A DNA stretch of 64,000 nt, taken from positions 608,001 through 672,000 of the forward strand of contig CBDAOB010000003.1 in assembly GCA_965197905.1 (NCBI GenBank), given 5' to 3'. The position numbers and the translations under genes were made by a program. Of this stretch, positions 1-10,596 are shown in pieces (the stretch's first letter is position 1; the number at the start of each line of letters is the position of its first letter). The notes beneath the pieces were generated by a model that was not told where the DNA came from, did not search any database, and was given only the letters and a program-made list of their open reading frames with translations. The DNA is from Candidatus Latescibacterota bacterium. Its GTDB lineage: Bacteria; Latescibacterota; UBA2968; UBA8231.

Positions 1-297
1 GTGTGAGTCAACGCTTTGACGGAGTTTATTCGTCTGGATTCGGGCAGCGCGTGCAGCGCTTGAGCAACCACAAGCAGAACGAGTGAGGTTGTCAACCTCG
101 TTCCGCTCAAGAGCGCACGCCAAGTGTTATTCGATCGTCCCATAACCCGCTTGTCTCGACAATCTACTAGAATTCAACCAACACTCTCACGGCTAATTTC
201 GTGCCAGGGGGTTGCGCTACTAGACCCCCCAATTTCCGGTGGGAATCGATTTTGCTACTTTTTCGAGCAGATTGATCGTCATGGAGACAACTCGCAG

Positions 298-1778
298 ATG
301 GTAACCACCTTGCTCACCAAGGCAAACCTGCTCCTAACCAGCTGGTTTGCAGGGAGGATCAAGAACAAGATCCTCTTGTCGGTTCTGAGCATTTTTGTCG
401 TATTGTACGGTGCCACGCTAACCTACGTCTACTACCGCATAAAGGCGGATCTGTTGGAGTCCGCCCGCATCGAAGCGGTCAGCACCAGCCAGATCCTCGC
501 CCACTCGCTGTACAGGAACTACGAAATAGAAAACGACATCCGCTCGATTCAGATCGATGTGCTCAGCGCCAAGAAGGACAAAGGCAATATTCTGGAGATC
601 AACGTCATCAACCGGGATTTGGAGGTGGTCAGCAGCACAAACGAAGACAACCTGTTTGACCGGTTCGATAGACAGGCATATGTGGACGCCATTGATAACC
701 GGAGCTCGGTGTTGGTGATCGAGGCCGGAAACGAACCTTTTATCAACGTCGTCTATCCAGTCTCGGCCGGACTATCGGAGAAGAATTTTGCCACCGGTGC
801 GATCGAGATCAAAACCGATCTGAAGAGCCAGTTCGAGAATCTGCAACGCATTCAAATTAATACCGTCTTCGCCGGAATCGTCATCATTATCGCCATCGTT
901 GTGGTTATCAACGCCATCTCCAAATCGATAACGAGACCGATTCAGATGCTTTATTCCGGCATGGGCGTAGCCAACGAGGGGGACCTGGATATCAAGGTCC
1001 CGGTTGTGAGCAAGGACGAAGTCGGATACCTGACCTCTTCCTTCAACAGCATGATCGGGTCCATCAAGGAGTCGAATCAACAGCTGAAAGAGAATGCCGA
1101 AAACCTGGCAGCCCTGAACGCCAAGCTGATGGAGATGATGAAGTCCTCCACCCGGTTCGTGCCCGATCAGTTCCTCCAGTCCCTGGGGAAAAACGACATT
1201 ACCGATGTCCAGCTGGGCGACGCCACCCTGAAGAGCATGACGGTTTTCTTCATGGACATAAGGAACTTTCCGAGCATGTCGGAGAAAATGAATGCCCAGG
1301 ACAACCTGATCTTTCTCAATTCGCTCTTGGAAAGCATCCTGCCCACCATAGAGCGCAACCGCGGATTCATCGACAAGTACGTTGGTGACGCCATCATGGC
1401 CTTGTCCCCTTCCGTCCAGACGATGCCGTCCTTGCCGCCGTCGGGATGCGGGAACAGCTGGCGATTTTCAACGAGGGGCGTGGATCGCGAGGAGACGCCG
1501 CCGTCGATCTGGGCATCGGGATCAATTCGGGAGAGCTGATTCTCGGCACCATCGGCTCGCCAAACAGAATAGATACCACGGTCATCGGCAATACAGTGAA
1601 TGTGGCTTCGAGAATGGAGAGCCTGACCAAAACCTACAACGTGCCGATCATTCTCCCGGAGCAGGTCTTCAACGATCTGGAGCCAGCCACCCGACGCGAT
1701 TTGGCAGTACAGGATCTGGGACCCGCCAAGATAAAAGGAATCGACCGGGAGGTTCGGCTTACCGGCGTGATCTGTTGA
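298..1778 (+). CDS. Membrane-bound class III adenylate cyclase (2 TM, periplasmic sensor, HAMP, cyclase domain); split by a 1-bp frameshift near 1404
   Basis: HAMP motif (TRPI..L...DEVGYL..SFN.M); cyclase motifs FFMDIRNF and DKYVGDAIMA in ORF 124..1539; GIGINSG...DTTVIGNTVNVASRME in ORF 1446..1778. The K (DKY) and D (DTT) residues indicate ATP specificity. One added base restores LFPFRPDDAV. Confidence 0.88.
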
Positions 1779-2463
1779 AACGGAGAGCGTCTAGCTCCAA
1801 CGTCAGCATCGCGCCCGATCCGGTCGGTTGTATTGTCAGGCTTCTCGACTCGGTCAGGGTTACCGAATTGCCCACCACTCCCCCTATTGCTGCCCCCACT
1901 ATGACATCGGAGAGAAAATGACGGTCGTCCTGAATCCGGCCGGCGGCAACGAAACAGCTGAATATGTAGAGTGGTATCCCGACGTCTCGCCCGTAGGTGC
2001 GATGCAGAAAACGGGCAATCGCCACGCTGTTCGCGGTATGACCTGAAGGGAAGGAGAGCTTGTTGCTACCATCCGGTCGCTCGCGCCCTATCGTCACCTT
2101 GATGGGCGCTACCGCCAGTTGCGTCAACACGAGGGTGCGCAGCAAACCCGAGCCGAGTTCGGTCAAGTGACTCCTGCCCGTCGCTTTACCTGCGCTCCAG
2201 ATTCCCAAAGAGACGGGAAGATTGAAGATGCTGGAGCCGTATATGTTCGAGACGCTCGTCGGCCGGTCCAGAATCCGGGATTCCCTGACACCGCTTCGAA
2301 CATCGTCGTCCCAGCTCTGCGCAAATGCCGCCACTCCCAGTCCGGTCGACAGCACGCTGAAGTTTTCGCGGGTACCGATATTGTTCAGGTCCGACCTGAG
2401 GCCGGTTGCCTGGACACCGCTCACCAATACCATGAAGCAGATCGCAGATCTTGCCAACATCAA
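1759..2463 (-). CDS. PAP2-family phosphatase with N-terminal signal peptide
   Basis: PAP2 motifs K.TIGRERP, SFPSGH, R...DRHFLSD. Confidence 0.88.
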   Translation of the reverse strand: MMLARSAICFMVLVSGVQATGLRSDLNNIGTRENFSVLSTGLGVAAFAQSWDDDVRSGVRESRILDRPTSVSNIYGSSIFNLPVSLGIWSAGKATGRSHLTELGSGLLRTLVLTQLAVAPIKVTIGRERPDGSNKLSFPSGHTANSVAIARFLHRTYGRDVGIPLYIFSCFVAAGRIQDDRHFLSDVIVGAAIGGVVGNSVTLTESRSLTIQPTGSGAMLTLELDALRFNRSRR

Positions 2464-2566
2464 TCGAATCTCCTCAAGGACGAATTGTCAGCGCTGAAAA
2501 TCGATCGTACGCCCAATGATGAGCGCTGCCATTTGCCGCAGTTGTAGAGCAGAGTCCGCGCCGAAG

Positions 2567-3262
2567 CTACAGATCCACCTCTTGCTGTCCCATTACCAAG
2601 GCTGCCTTGTTATTCCCTGAAGCAACCTGCACAGCGTGCAGAAAGGTGGGCGGCTCGGCATCCCGCTTGAGCATGACCACGTAAACGAACTCTTGTAGAA
2701 CGCCGCCGGCGACCGACTCCATCGCCACCAGACGCGCCTCGGTGAGGAACTCCTGAAACACCGGTTCGAGAATCGCCTCATGGTCGCTGCCGGGCGCCAT
2801 TCTCAGTCTCAAGATGCGTTCGGTTACCTTCTTGCTGAAGAGGTCGAGCTTGTACATCACGCCGAGGACAGCTGCAAACACGGCGGTGGCGAACGTGGCC
2901 AACATGTAGAATCGGGTGCCGCACGCCATACCGATAGCCATGACCAGAAACATAAAACCCACATCCCTGGTCTCTTTGACCGCGTTGCGGAAACGGATTA
3001 CCGACAGCGCTCCTATGAGCGAGAATGCTCGCGCGATATTGGATCCTATGATCAACATGATCAGCGCCGTGACCATGCCCATTATCACCAGTGTCTGGGC
3101 GAAGGATTGGGCGTACGAGGTGCCCTGATGTGTGGCCCGGTAGACCAGGCCCATTATCAGTGACAGCACGAATCCCAGCGACAACACCAAAGCGACATCG
3201 GTGAATGTGAAGATGCTCGTCACATCCTTGAATCGCTCCATCTCTTTGATCATCTCATCCAA
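2567..3262 (-). CDS. DUF4956-family membrane protein (MgtC-like TM region plus C-terminal ACT-like domain)
   Basis: Signature IGSNIARAFSLIGALSVIRFRNAVKETRDVGFMF; adjacent to a VTC gene as is typical of the family. Confidence 0.9.
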   Translation of the reverse strand: MDEMIKEMERFKDVTSIFTFTDVALVLSLGFVLSLIMGLVYRATHQGTSYAQSFAQTLVIMGMVTALIMLIIGSNIARAFSLIGALSVIRFRNAVKETRDVGFMFLVMAIGMACGTRFYMLATFATAVFAAVLGVMYKLDLFSKKVTERILRLRMAPGSDHEAILEPVFQEFLTEARLVAMESVAGGVLQEFVYVVMLKRDAEPPTFLHAVQVASGNNKAALVMGQQEVDL

Positions 3263-4019
3263 TTTCGGGCACCTCGTCGAATGTGTCGGGTCTCGGTCCG
3301 GGATTGAGCAGATCTAGCTCCAAAAGCCGCTCTGCGCCAGCACAGTACTTGCTGTACCGCCTCAACGTGCACTGGTGGCGGGCCAGCAGATTTGCAAGCC
3401 AGATCGGAACTGCGTTGTTCGCTTTTACCTCCATTATGACCATCGAGGCTGTCACGAGGCGGTGTTGCGCCATCGAGGTCGATAGCCCCGAACTGGCGCT
3501 CGCTACCCAAAGAGAATCGTCGAAGGTAACTCTGAGACCCGGTTCGTACTGACTGCCTACGAAAGCGGTGCGCTGGTAACCGACGACACACGTGGGCTGG
3601 AGCTCCAACGTCCGGGCAAGAAAAAGAATCTCCTCCGCCGCCGCCCGATCAGCTTCATCGGAAGGGCTCTCCGTGTATCGAGCGGAGCACAGTGCGTAAG
3701 CATCCTCGAGCGGCAATACGACGCGCCTTTTTTGAGTGGTCCGATTGATGCGTTGTTTGATCTCGATGAAAACGGGGCCTCCCTCATCTTCACCGTAGCG
3801 GCGAATTCGAAGCTTGCGGCGAAACTTTATCCCCTCTCGTTTCGACCGCATGAACGACAGATCAGGCGTATCGTAATAGAGGCTCGAGATGTTGTAGGTA
3901 CCCTCGGCGGTACCGTGGGAGTCGGGCTGCATGTTCCGCCGCAAGTCCTCTTGGATTTCGGGTAGTCGTTGAGCCGCGATGACATATTTCAGCTCGAAAC
4001 GGTTGAACCTCTTTAACAT
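3255..4019 (-). CDS. VTC-domain polyphosphate polymerase (CYTH/TTM fold)
   Basis: RFELKY, SLYYDTPD, RRKLRIRRY, FIEIK, YQRTAF, RVTFD, MEVK and YSKYC motifs. Confidence 0.92.
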   Translation of the reverse strand: MLKRFNRFELKYVIAAQRLPEIQEDLRRNMQPDSHGTAEGTYNISSLYYDTPDLSFMRSKREGIKFRRKLRIRRYGEDEGGPVFIEIKQRINRTTQKRRVVLPLEDAYALCSARYTESPSDEADRAAAEEILFLARTLELQPTCVVGYQRTAFVGSQYEPGLRVTFDDSLWVASASSGLSTSMAQHRLVTASMVIMEVKANNAVPIWLANLLARHQCTLRRYSKYCAGAERLLELDLLNPGPRPDTFDEVPEIG

Positions 4020-4022
4020 GCC

Positions 4023-4574
4023 TTATCTAAACTCCAACATCATAGGACGCGCGCCGGTCGAGTCGCTCTTCTTCGTCTTCTTCTTCACAGCTCGCTGGAC
4101 GGACACCTCGATAAGTTGTGGAAAGTGACCGTCATCCGGCAAGCGCCAGGAAAACGCCTCGTCATTCTTGGTCTCTCCTGAAACAGTCGAGGCGGCAGTC
4201 CTCATCTTCATTTCTATCCTTTTCCCAGTGGTCGTAGAGATCAGCAACCTCCCGTCAGCGAGGGGAGACCGACGCACGGCGTAGGCGTATCCCAGATCGA
4301 CAACACCGCCCAGGTTGGAGGATATGATGCCGCTGTTGGCATCGTCCAACATCGTTCTGGCTAAGTCTGGGTAGCTGTTCAGCACATCCTGGAAGAGATC
4401 GAACTCTTCACGTGATAGCTGCTGACGTTCACCCAGCTCAAGCTCCAGGTGCATCGTCCATACCTCTTCCAGTGGCGGCGTTCGCAACCCCCAGGCGATG
4501 AAGACCACGCTGCAGACAGCAGTGGCAACCAGCAGCAGAAATCCTGAACCCGGCCGTTTTCGATACGGAATCAT
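4023..4574 (-). CDS. Hypothetical single-TM membrane-anchored protein
   Basis: N-terminal hydrophobic helix (FLLLVATAVCSVVFIAWGL); translationally coupled between the CotH and VTC genes. Confidence 0.65.
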   Translation of the reverse strand: MIPYRKRPGSGFLLLVATAVCSVVFIAWGLRTPPLEEVWTMHLELELGERQQLSREEFDLFQDVLNSYPDLARTMLDDANSGIISSNLGGVVDLGYAYAVRRSPLADGRLLISTTTGKRIEMKMRTAASTVSGETKNDEAFSWRLPDDGHFPQLIEVSVQRAVKKKTKKSDSTGARPMMLEFR

Positions 4575-7430
4575 CACAGTTTGGGTCTCCGGCCGTATCG
4601 AGTCGCATAAACCCCGAATTCGGACCATTCGGGCAGTCCCAACACATTTCGGGCGAGATGAGCCAGGGCCCCGTTGGTGGGTAACGCCCGACGAATCTGG
4701 TCAACCTCGATCCGGCTCCCGCGGGCTCGTTTGATCACCTGCTTGCAGGCGACCGCGAAAAGATCGTTGGCACCTATGCTGCTGTCGCCGGTGTAGTGGG
4801 TCTCTCTCCATTTGGTCTGGAGCGCGGTGGTGGTGCCGTATATCAGGCTGCGGGAGATTCTGACGTGTGAGTCGTTTTTCGAGAGCACTCCGGTTTCGCT
4901 GTCGCTGAGAAAGAGACCATGGGCATTCACTTCGCTCTCTTCGCCGACGGATACGGCGTTGCTGGTGCAGGACTGCAGAATACTGTCCGAAACAATAAGG
5001 TTGACCCCCATCAAGTCGAGACAATCGTCGCCGGCCCCAAGCACGTGAAGCCCGCGAATAGCTCCCTGGGTAAACTCCAGATCGACGCCATCGATAGGAG
5101 CTTGCTGGATGTCTACCTCATTCAACCGCAGGTTTTTCACGTAGGTCGCGTGCAGTACGTTCTCGGCCTCGCTGATGTCGTAGAAGCTGACCCCTTCGAC
5201 AACGATATCTTCGGTGTCGTAGATGTTGAGCAAGCTCGGGTAGTCGACTCCGATCTTTCCCACCTTCGTACCGCCTGCGATGTGCATCTGCTTGAGCCGC
5301 GAACCTGCGGACGCGGGACCCTGTATGGCGATGCCTCCGAATGCCGCCCCGGTCTCTGCGGGTCCGACGACGATTGGGTGCGCGACCGTGCCCTCACCGG
5401 TAACGCGGCCATGGAATACGAGACTGGCGTTTTCGCCCATGGCAATCTTCGTGTCGGGAGCGATGATGACCTGCTGGTGCGACCGGTAGACTCGAGTCTC
5501 GGGAACCTTCACGATTCCAGGACCCAGCTGAACGATCTCGGGCGACGGTTGGACTCGATAGCTCCAGGGATGCGCAGATCGCTGTCCCGACGCGAAGCTC
5601 GGAACGCTGTCCGCGTGAGGCAGTGTATCTAAGGTGTGTGGATAATCTGTCCGCTCGACCAACAGCGCCAGCCGACTCGACCCTCCGGTGACTCGATTGT
5701 CGAGAACCAGCGCCACTTCCTGGGGCGGGCAGTCGCACCGCAGCAGGTAAGAAAAGGTTCGTGACTCATTGACCACCCTCACCGTGCCCCGTTTGGGACG
5801 CGGCTCGGCGCGATCGACCACCCGAGCTCCCGCCAGCAACTGCCGATGACGGCGCAGTGCCGTGGTGCGGCCAATAACGCCGGAGGCGACGACGGGATCG
5901 ATCGCGACATCGAGAGCGCCGTTTTGATTCAGATCGGCTCTGAGCTCGAACGGCCCCGAGCAGGATGCACTCACTGTGATTTCCCGCAGGTCATGGGCTC
6001 CATGACCAGTGACGCGAAGGTCGAGTCGCGCGACGGCCGCCTCGACCAGGCCGGCAGTGCCGCTGATGTTTGGGCGTTCGAGGGTGTCCAACAGGTAACG
6101 GACCCGGCGGCTGTAACCATGTATCTCGTCTCGCGCGGCCAGGAGCCACTTGGAGGCGGTCATGGGACGCACCATGAAGCGATGAAAGCGGGAGACCCTT
6201 GGCAGCAGCTTGTAGGCGTCCCAGTAGGGATCCGGCCTGCAGGTCCGGAGCCATTTCTTTGAACAGCTGATTGGCACGAGTGCGGATGTTCGGTACGGAA
6301 GCCTGATTTGACAGCAGAGAGAAGACAGTGCTATCCCGCAATGCCAGGTACCCCGGGGTCATTTTCAGCCTGATCAAGAGCGGATGATCGATATAGTTGA
6401 ACTCGGGGTCGTGTTTGAATCCTCTGAAACTCCAGGCTATCGGTTCGAACTTGCCGCGGTATGGATCGAAATAGAACTTGTGGTTGGAGAAGTAGTCGTG
6501 CTCACTGCCACCGAAGACGACATCGAGTGCATCGAACATGGCGTAGCGATGAAGATCGATAGTTCGTTCGGCATACTCGGCGAACGCGAGGAAACTCGCC
6601 TCCTGCACGGCTCCAAGCAGCTGATCTAGGGGTCCGAAATCGTCGCCTTCTCCGCCCGACTGTTTCGCCACCTGTTTCCAGCCCTTCCGGGAGAAAAAAA
6701 GACTGCCTACTTGCAGGGTGGAGTCGACGAGACCCGTATCGCCGGAATAAAGGGCACCGGGCATGCGCCGACCGCGTCGCAGAAGCCCTTCGACCGGTTG
6801 CGCAGCGTACCGATAAACGCCCATGTCGTTGTTGTTCAATCGGAGTCGGACCACGTCGTACTCGGGAGTGAGCAAACCCAGTTCGCGAGAAACGTCCAGA
6901 ATGATCTGCTCTTCCAGACCGAACGGAGTGGGATCGTTCACGAGATTGAAGATGCGAGTACCGTCGATGAGATCGCCGCGATCCAGGCGCACCTTCATCG
7001 ATTTCTGCGGCCCCAGCCAGTGCCAGGGTTTGCTGCCCCGATAGCGAACTCTGACTTCCCGCATGGTCCCGTCCTTTCGGACGAACGCGTCTACGTACTG
7101 TCGCGCCTCTTTGCCAGCCAACTGACGATTCAGGCCGTCGAGGTTATCCCGAGTCAGAGAAAGAGCAAAAGTAGGCAGGGGGTTCGATTCCGGACGGGCA
7201 GGGAGAGAGATGCGGCGTAGATCGCGGGTCAGTTCGTCATGCAGCGCGATCTGAAATAGTTCGACGCTCCATGGGACCTGTTCGCCAGAGGCGCGGCCGT
7301 AGCGATCGATCTGCGCATAGGCAGACCAAGCGTACCAAGCAACCGCAAGCACCAGCGGCAAACTCAGCAGTATTCCGCTCGGAGGACTGAGTTTGTAGAG
7401 TCGGTATCCTGGACGACTCGTGGGTCCCAT
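4574..7430 (-). CDS. CotH-kinase-family protein fused to a C-terminal right-handed beta-helix; split by a frameshift near 6232
   Basis: N-terminal TM; CotH-like RYRG...QKSMKVRL, V.LRLNNNDMGVY, N.KFYFDPY.GKFEPIAW; beta-helix repeats (DGVDLEF, GDDCLDLMG, AVSVGEES, GVLSKNDS). ORFs 5991..7430 and 4574..6277 join at QA/DPYW. Confidence 0.82.
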
Positions 7431-7468
7431 GGAACGTCTCTCTTAGCTTGCGCTCTGGTGCAACGGAA

Positions 7469-8535
7469 TTAGAACCGAACCAGGGACCACAGGTAGAATC
7501 TGCCGGTATCGACAGCGCCCCTGAATTCGTAGTTCATCAATACGCGAAAATCCTCGTTCCGTTCGCCATAATACGCGCCCACGGTGACGCGGACATCCTG
7601 CGTATCGTTGATCGAATCGTAGCTGAGTACCGGTCCGATCCCTCTGGATGACTTGCCGACGAAGGTCATGTAGTACCCGTGAATCGTTTCTTTGTCGCCC
7701 CTGTCCTTGTGTTTTCCGATGGCGAATTCGCCGTTCAGGTCGAAGCGGTCATGATCGAGAAAGAAATCGGTGCCGGCGCGATCGAATTTTACGAAGTAGC
7801 CGCCATCATAAATAGGATTGTTGCTGGTCTCGAATTTGTCACCATGAGCGGCGCTCGCGCCCAGAGTCCATTTGTAGCTTTCTTTCCGGAGAGTCCTACG
7901 CGACCGGACAGATTCTTGGCTTTGTTGTCGTCGCGCTGGGCGTTCATCCCAGCACCGTTGACAACCGAAAAAGCGTAGTCCAAGCGGGCTCCGCCACCTT
8001 TGGGCCCCTTGCCGATCAGGGTCACGCCGATGTCGCGGAGGTTTATGCCGCGAGAGAGTTCGTCCGCCATCTCGGGGCGGTTGACCACGTACAACCGACT
8101 GGATGAACGCTGATTGATAAAGCCGAACTTCACCTTGTGCTGGCCCAACCGCAGGGTATGCCTCTTGTTGAGCTTGACGTTGAAGAAGGCGTCGCGCAGG
8201 GTGCCGGCGTGGTCCGGTGCCCGGGGATCGACGTCGATTTCGTAGGTAATGCGACTGTTGACCCTTCCTTCCACACCGACGCGGGCCCGCTGGACCCGGA
8301 AGCGGAATTCGCCGCCGCCGATGGGATAGTTGAAATGGTTCTGCATATATCCAGTCACTTTCGGCTCGTCTCCCACTTCGAGTTCCTCGTCGACCTCGCT
8401 GATGGCGAAGCCGCGGCTACCGATGCTGGCAGTCAGCAGAAGTGCCAGAGCAGCTATCCCGCGTACGCCGCGGCGACCGGGAGCGCGAACAGACTGGCCC
8501 CGGAGCTCCTGCAAAACCCTCAATCCTCGGATCAT
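7469..8535 (-). CDS. OprO/OprP-like phosphate-selective porin; split by a frameshift near 7880
   Basis: Signal peptide; FRVQRARVGVEG, LRDAF, GQHKVKFG, RDIGV, NGAG.N..DDN..K...GRV motifs; the second frame continues SYKWTLGAS...YLWSLVRF with a terminal Phe. Confidence 0.8.
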
Positions 8536-8656
8536 GATTACTGCTCCTCCCTTTAGTCACGGCGACGCCGTGATGGTGGTATGCCGCCCCAGGAAACCGT
8601 GGTCGACCTTTGGACGCGACGTGTCGCGATTGCGTTACAGACATGTGACGGCTATC

Positions 8657-8671
8657 GCAAGATGCGTGCCG
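8657..8671 (-). promoter_or_regulatory. Sigma-54 (-24/-12) promoter of the porin-CotH-VTC operon
   Basis: Minus strand CGGCACGCATCTTGC = GG-N10-GC, about 120 nt upstream of the porin start (SD GGAGGAG). Confidence 0.8.
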
Positions 8672-8817
8672 ATTGTCGGGCCGCGGCACGGAGTGGATCT
8701 TCAGGGTAATGGTGACCTGCTCCCACTCAGAGCGAAGGTCGAGAGGTCGATTCCTGCGGAAACGGGGCGATCGCGGGGGACAGGCCGGTTGGCAGAGGGG
8801 TGTGGTGCAGAAAGGAG

Positions 8818-8851
8818 CGCTAATTTTTCAGCATCTGCTCAAAATTAAGCA
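8818..8851. promoter_or_regulatory. Tandem imperfect palindromes; putative upstream activator sites for the adjacent sigma-54 activator
   Basis: CGCTAATTTTTCAGCA (8818-8833) and TGCTCAAAATTAAGCA (8836-8851), about 150-180 bp upstream of the -24/-12 element. Confidence 0.6.
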
Positions 8852-8853
8852 CC

Positions 8854-10002
8854 CTAAAAGATGTATTCGGGGCCGACAAAAATGATGTGATCGAAGTAAT
8901 CTTCCACGTCAGAGGTCGATGCGTTCATCCGAAACAGATATCTCGTCTTGATGTTCAGGTTCGGCTTCCACTTGAACTTGAGGAATGATGAGGAGAGAAA
9001 GAGCCAGTCGGTTCGTTTCGGTATGATGATTCCTCCGTCATCTTCGTCCTCCCAGCTCTTGTGAATCAGCTCCTCGTATAGAGAGATGGAGGTCCGGTCG
9101 TTGAAGCGATAGGTGTAGAGCAGGGTGCCCTTGTGTTTGAGCAGATCGAACTCAGCGTCGATATCCTGGCTGTCTTCGTGTCCTTCGACCTCTCCGATGC
9201 GTCGGGGGTCAAACTCCGAGTTGTCCCTTTGCTGCATCAGGGTTCCACTGAAAACATGGCGGTTTGACATCAGCCAGTCGAATCCGGCCCGAACTGTTCG
9301 CCTCGAACCATCTTCCAGAATCTGCGATGGATCTGCCTCGTCGGTGTTGGCCGTGCCCTCGTACCACTGGAGATCGACGGAATAGTAGGTGGTCAGCTTG
9401 AAGCTCCACGTTGTGCGCACTTCCACGAAACCTCCGTTAACCGAATAGTCGAGCCAACGGGATTGTGGATAGCGCGTGCGGATGTTCTCCAGACCCACTT
9501 GAACCTGCCACAGCGGTGACAGGGTGCGTTCATAGGAGAGGATTCCAGTGTGGCGCAGGAAATCGAAATCATCGTCGTCCGGCACGGCGAGATACCGCAC
9601 TTCACTCGAGAGATTTAGGGCGTCGGCTCCGGATCGACGGGTAAGGGACAGGTGCGTGCGATTGAAAAACCAGTCTTCGGACCGATGCTCGGTGTGAAAG
9701 TTCGCATGACCGGTATAGCTAAGATCCAGCCACCAGTTCGGCCCCCAGGTTTGCTCCAGGCGGAGATTGGCCGTGGGTTCGGCGATGAAGGCGTCCTTCT
9801 GATCCTGCCCACTCTTCTTCTCGTCCACCAGGTCGAGATTGGAGTTGAACTTTCCATAGATGCCCGCCGAACCAGACACCTTGAGAGCGTCTGCCTCTCG
9901 AGCGTTGTCATCGGTGGTGCCAGCCTGCGCCTGCCCTTCAAGGAGAAAGACGCAAGGAACGAGAACCTGCAGACATGCTGATAGACCGCGATATGGAATC
10001 AT
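8854..10002 (-). CDS. Outer-membrane beta-barrel protein of unknown function
   Basis: Signal peptide ending AQA; alternating aromatic/polar strands; acidic loops; C-terminal GPEYIF. Confidence 0.75.
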   Translation of the reverse strand: MIPYRGLSACLQVLVPCVFLLEGQAQAGTTDDNAREADALKVSGSAGIYGKFNSNLDLVDEKKSGQDQKDAFIAEPTANLRLEQTWGPNWWLDLSYTGHANFHTEHRSEDWFFNRTHLSLTRRSGADALNLSSEVRYLAVPDDDDFDFLRHTGILSYERTLSPLWQVQVGLENIRTRYPQSRWLDYSVNGGFVEVRTTWSFKLTTYYSVDLQWYEGTANTDEADPSQILEDGSRRTVRAGFDWLMSNRHVFSGTLMQQRDNSEFDPRRIGEVEGHEDSQDIDAEFDLLKHKGTLLYTYRFNDRTSISLYEELIHKSWEDEDDGGIIIPKRTDWLFLSSSFLKFKWKPNLNIKTRYLFRMNASTSDVEDYFDHIIFVGPEYIF

Positions 10003-10586
10003 CGATTTTCATCCTCTTGGCGTCGGAGGTGCTCTGCCGTTCGATTGTATTCCTGCAGCAGGTCTTGCAGGCGCGTTAGTTCCACCTTTACCAACGAGAG
10101 CGATCTTGTCAGTCCCTGTACGCGTTGAGCCGCAACCCTGCGACCCTCGCGCATGTTGTGCAGGCGTTGTTGAAGCTGGAGATCGCCACCTCTCTGAACC
10201 TTTGCCAGGTCATCCAGCACCTCGATCTGGATTGCGAAGGACCCCTGGCGATCGGTCCATTCCGCCATCGCGGAGGTCAGCCGAATCTGCTCCGCCATCA
10301 GTGCGTCCAGACGGTCTTTAATAATGTCTGATTTCTCGAGGATATCATCGGGGCCATCCAGTTCCCTGAGGGTGATAGCGGCGGTCAGGTCGCGCCAGCT
10401 CAGCCAGGCAAACGCCGGATCTCGAGATGCGCGCGTGGAGTCGATCGCGGTCGCAGGTTTGATGGCTGCCCTCGATGAGGAATCGGAAGCCACCGAGTCG
10501 ACCACCGCCGACTGCGCCGTCAGCGTAGACGCTCCGAAACAGACCACCGCCGTCGTGGCAACGATGTAGGCGATAGGACGTGTCAT
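9999..10586 (-). CDS. Secreted coiled-coil hypothetical protein
   Basis: Signal peptide (MTRPIAYIVATTAVVCFGASTLTA) then heptad-rich helices; stop overlaps the downstream start. Confidence 0.65.
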   Translation of the reverse strand: MTRPIAYIVATTAVVCFGASTLTAQSAVVDSVASDSSSRAAIKPATAIDSTRASRDPAFAWLSWRDLTAAITLRELDGPDDILEKSDIIKDRLDALMAEQIRLTSAMAEWTDRQGSFAIQIEVLDDLAKVQRGGDLQLQQRLHNMREGRRVAAQRVQGLTRSLSLVKVELTRLQDLLQEYNRTAEHLRRQEDENR

Positions 10587-10596
10587 CACGCGATGG

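Noticed and set aside
4560..10002. Two genes both starting MIPYR (4574 and 10002)
   Set aside because: Only about 14 nt of similarity with nothing beyond; probably chance.
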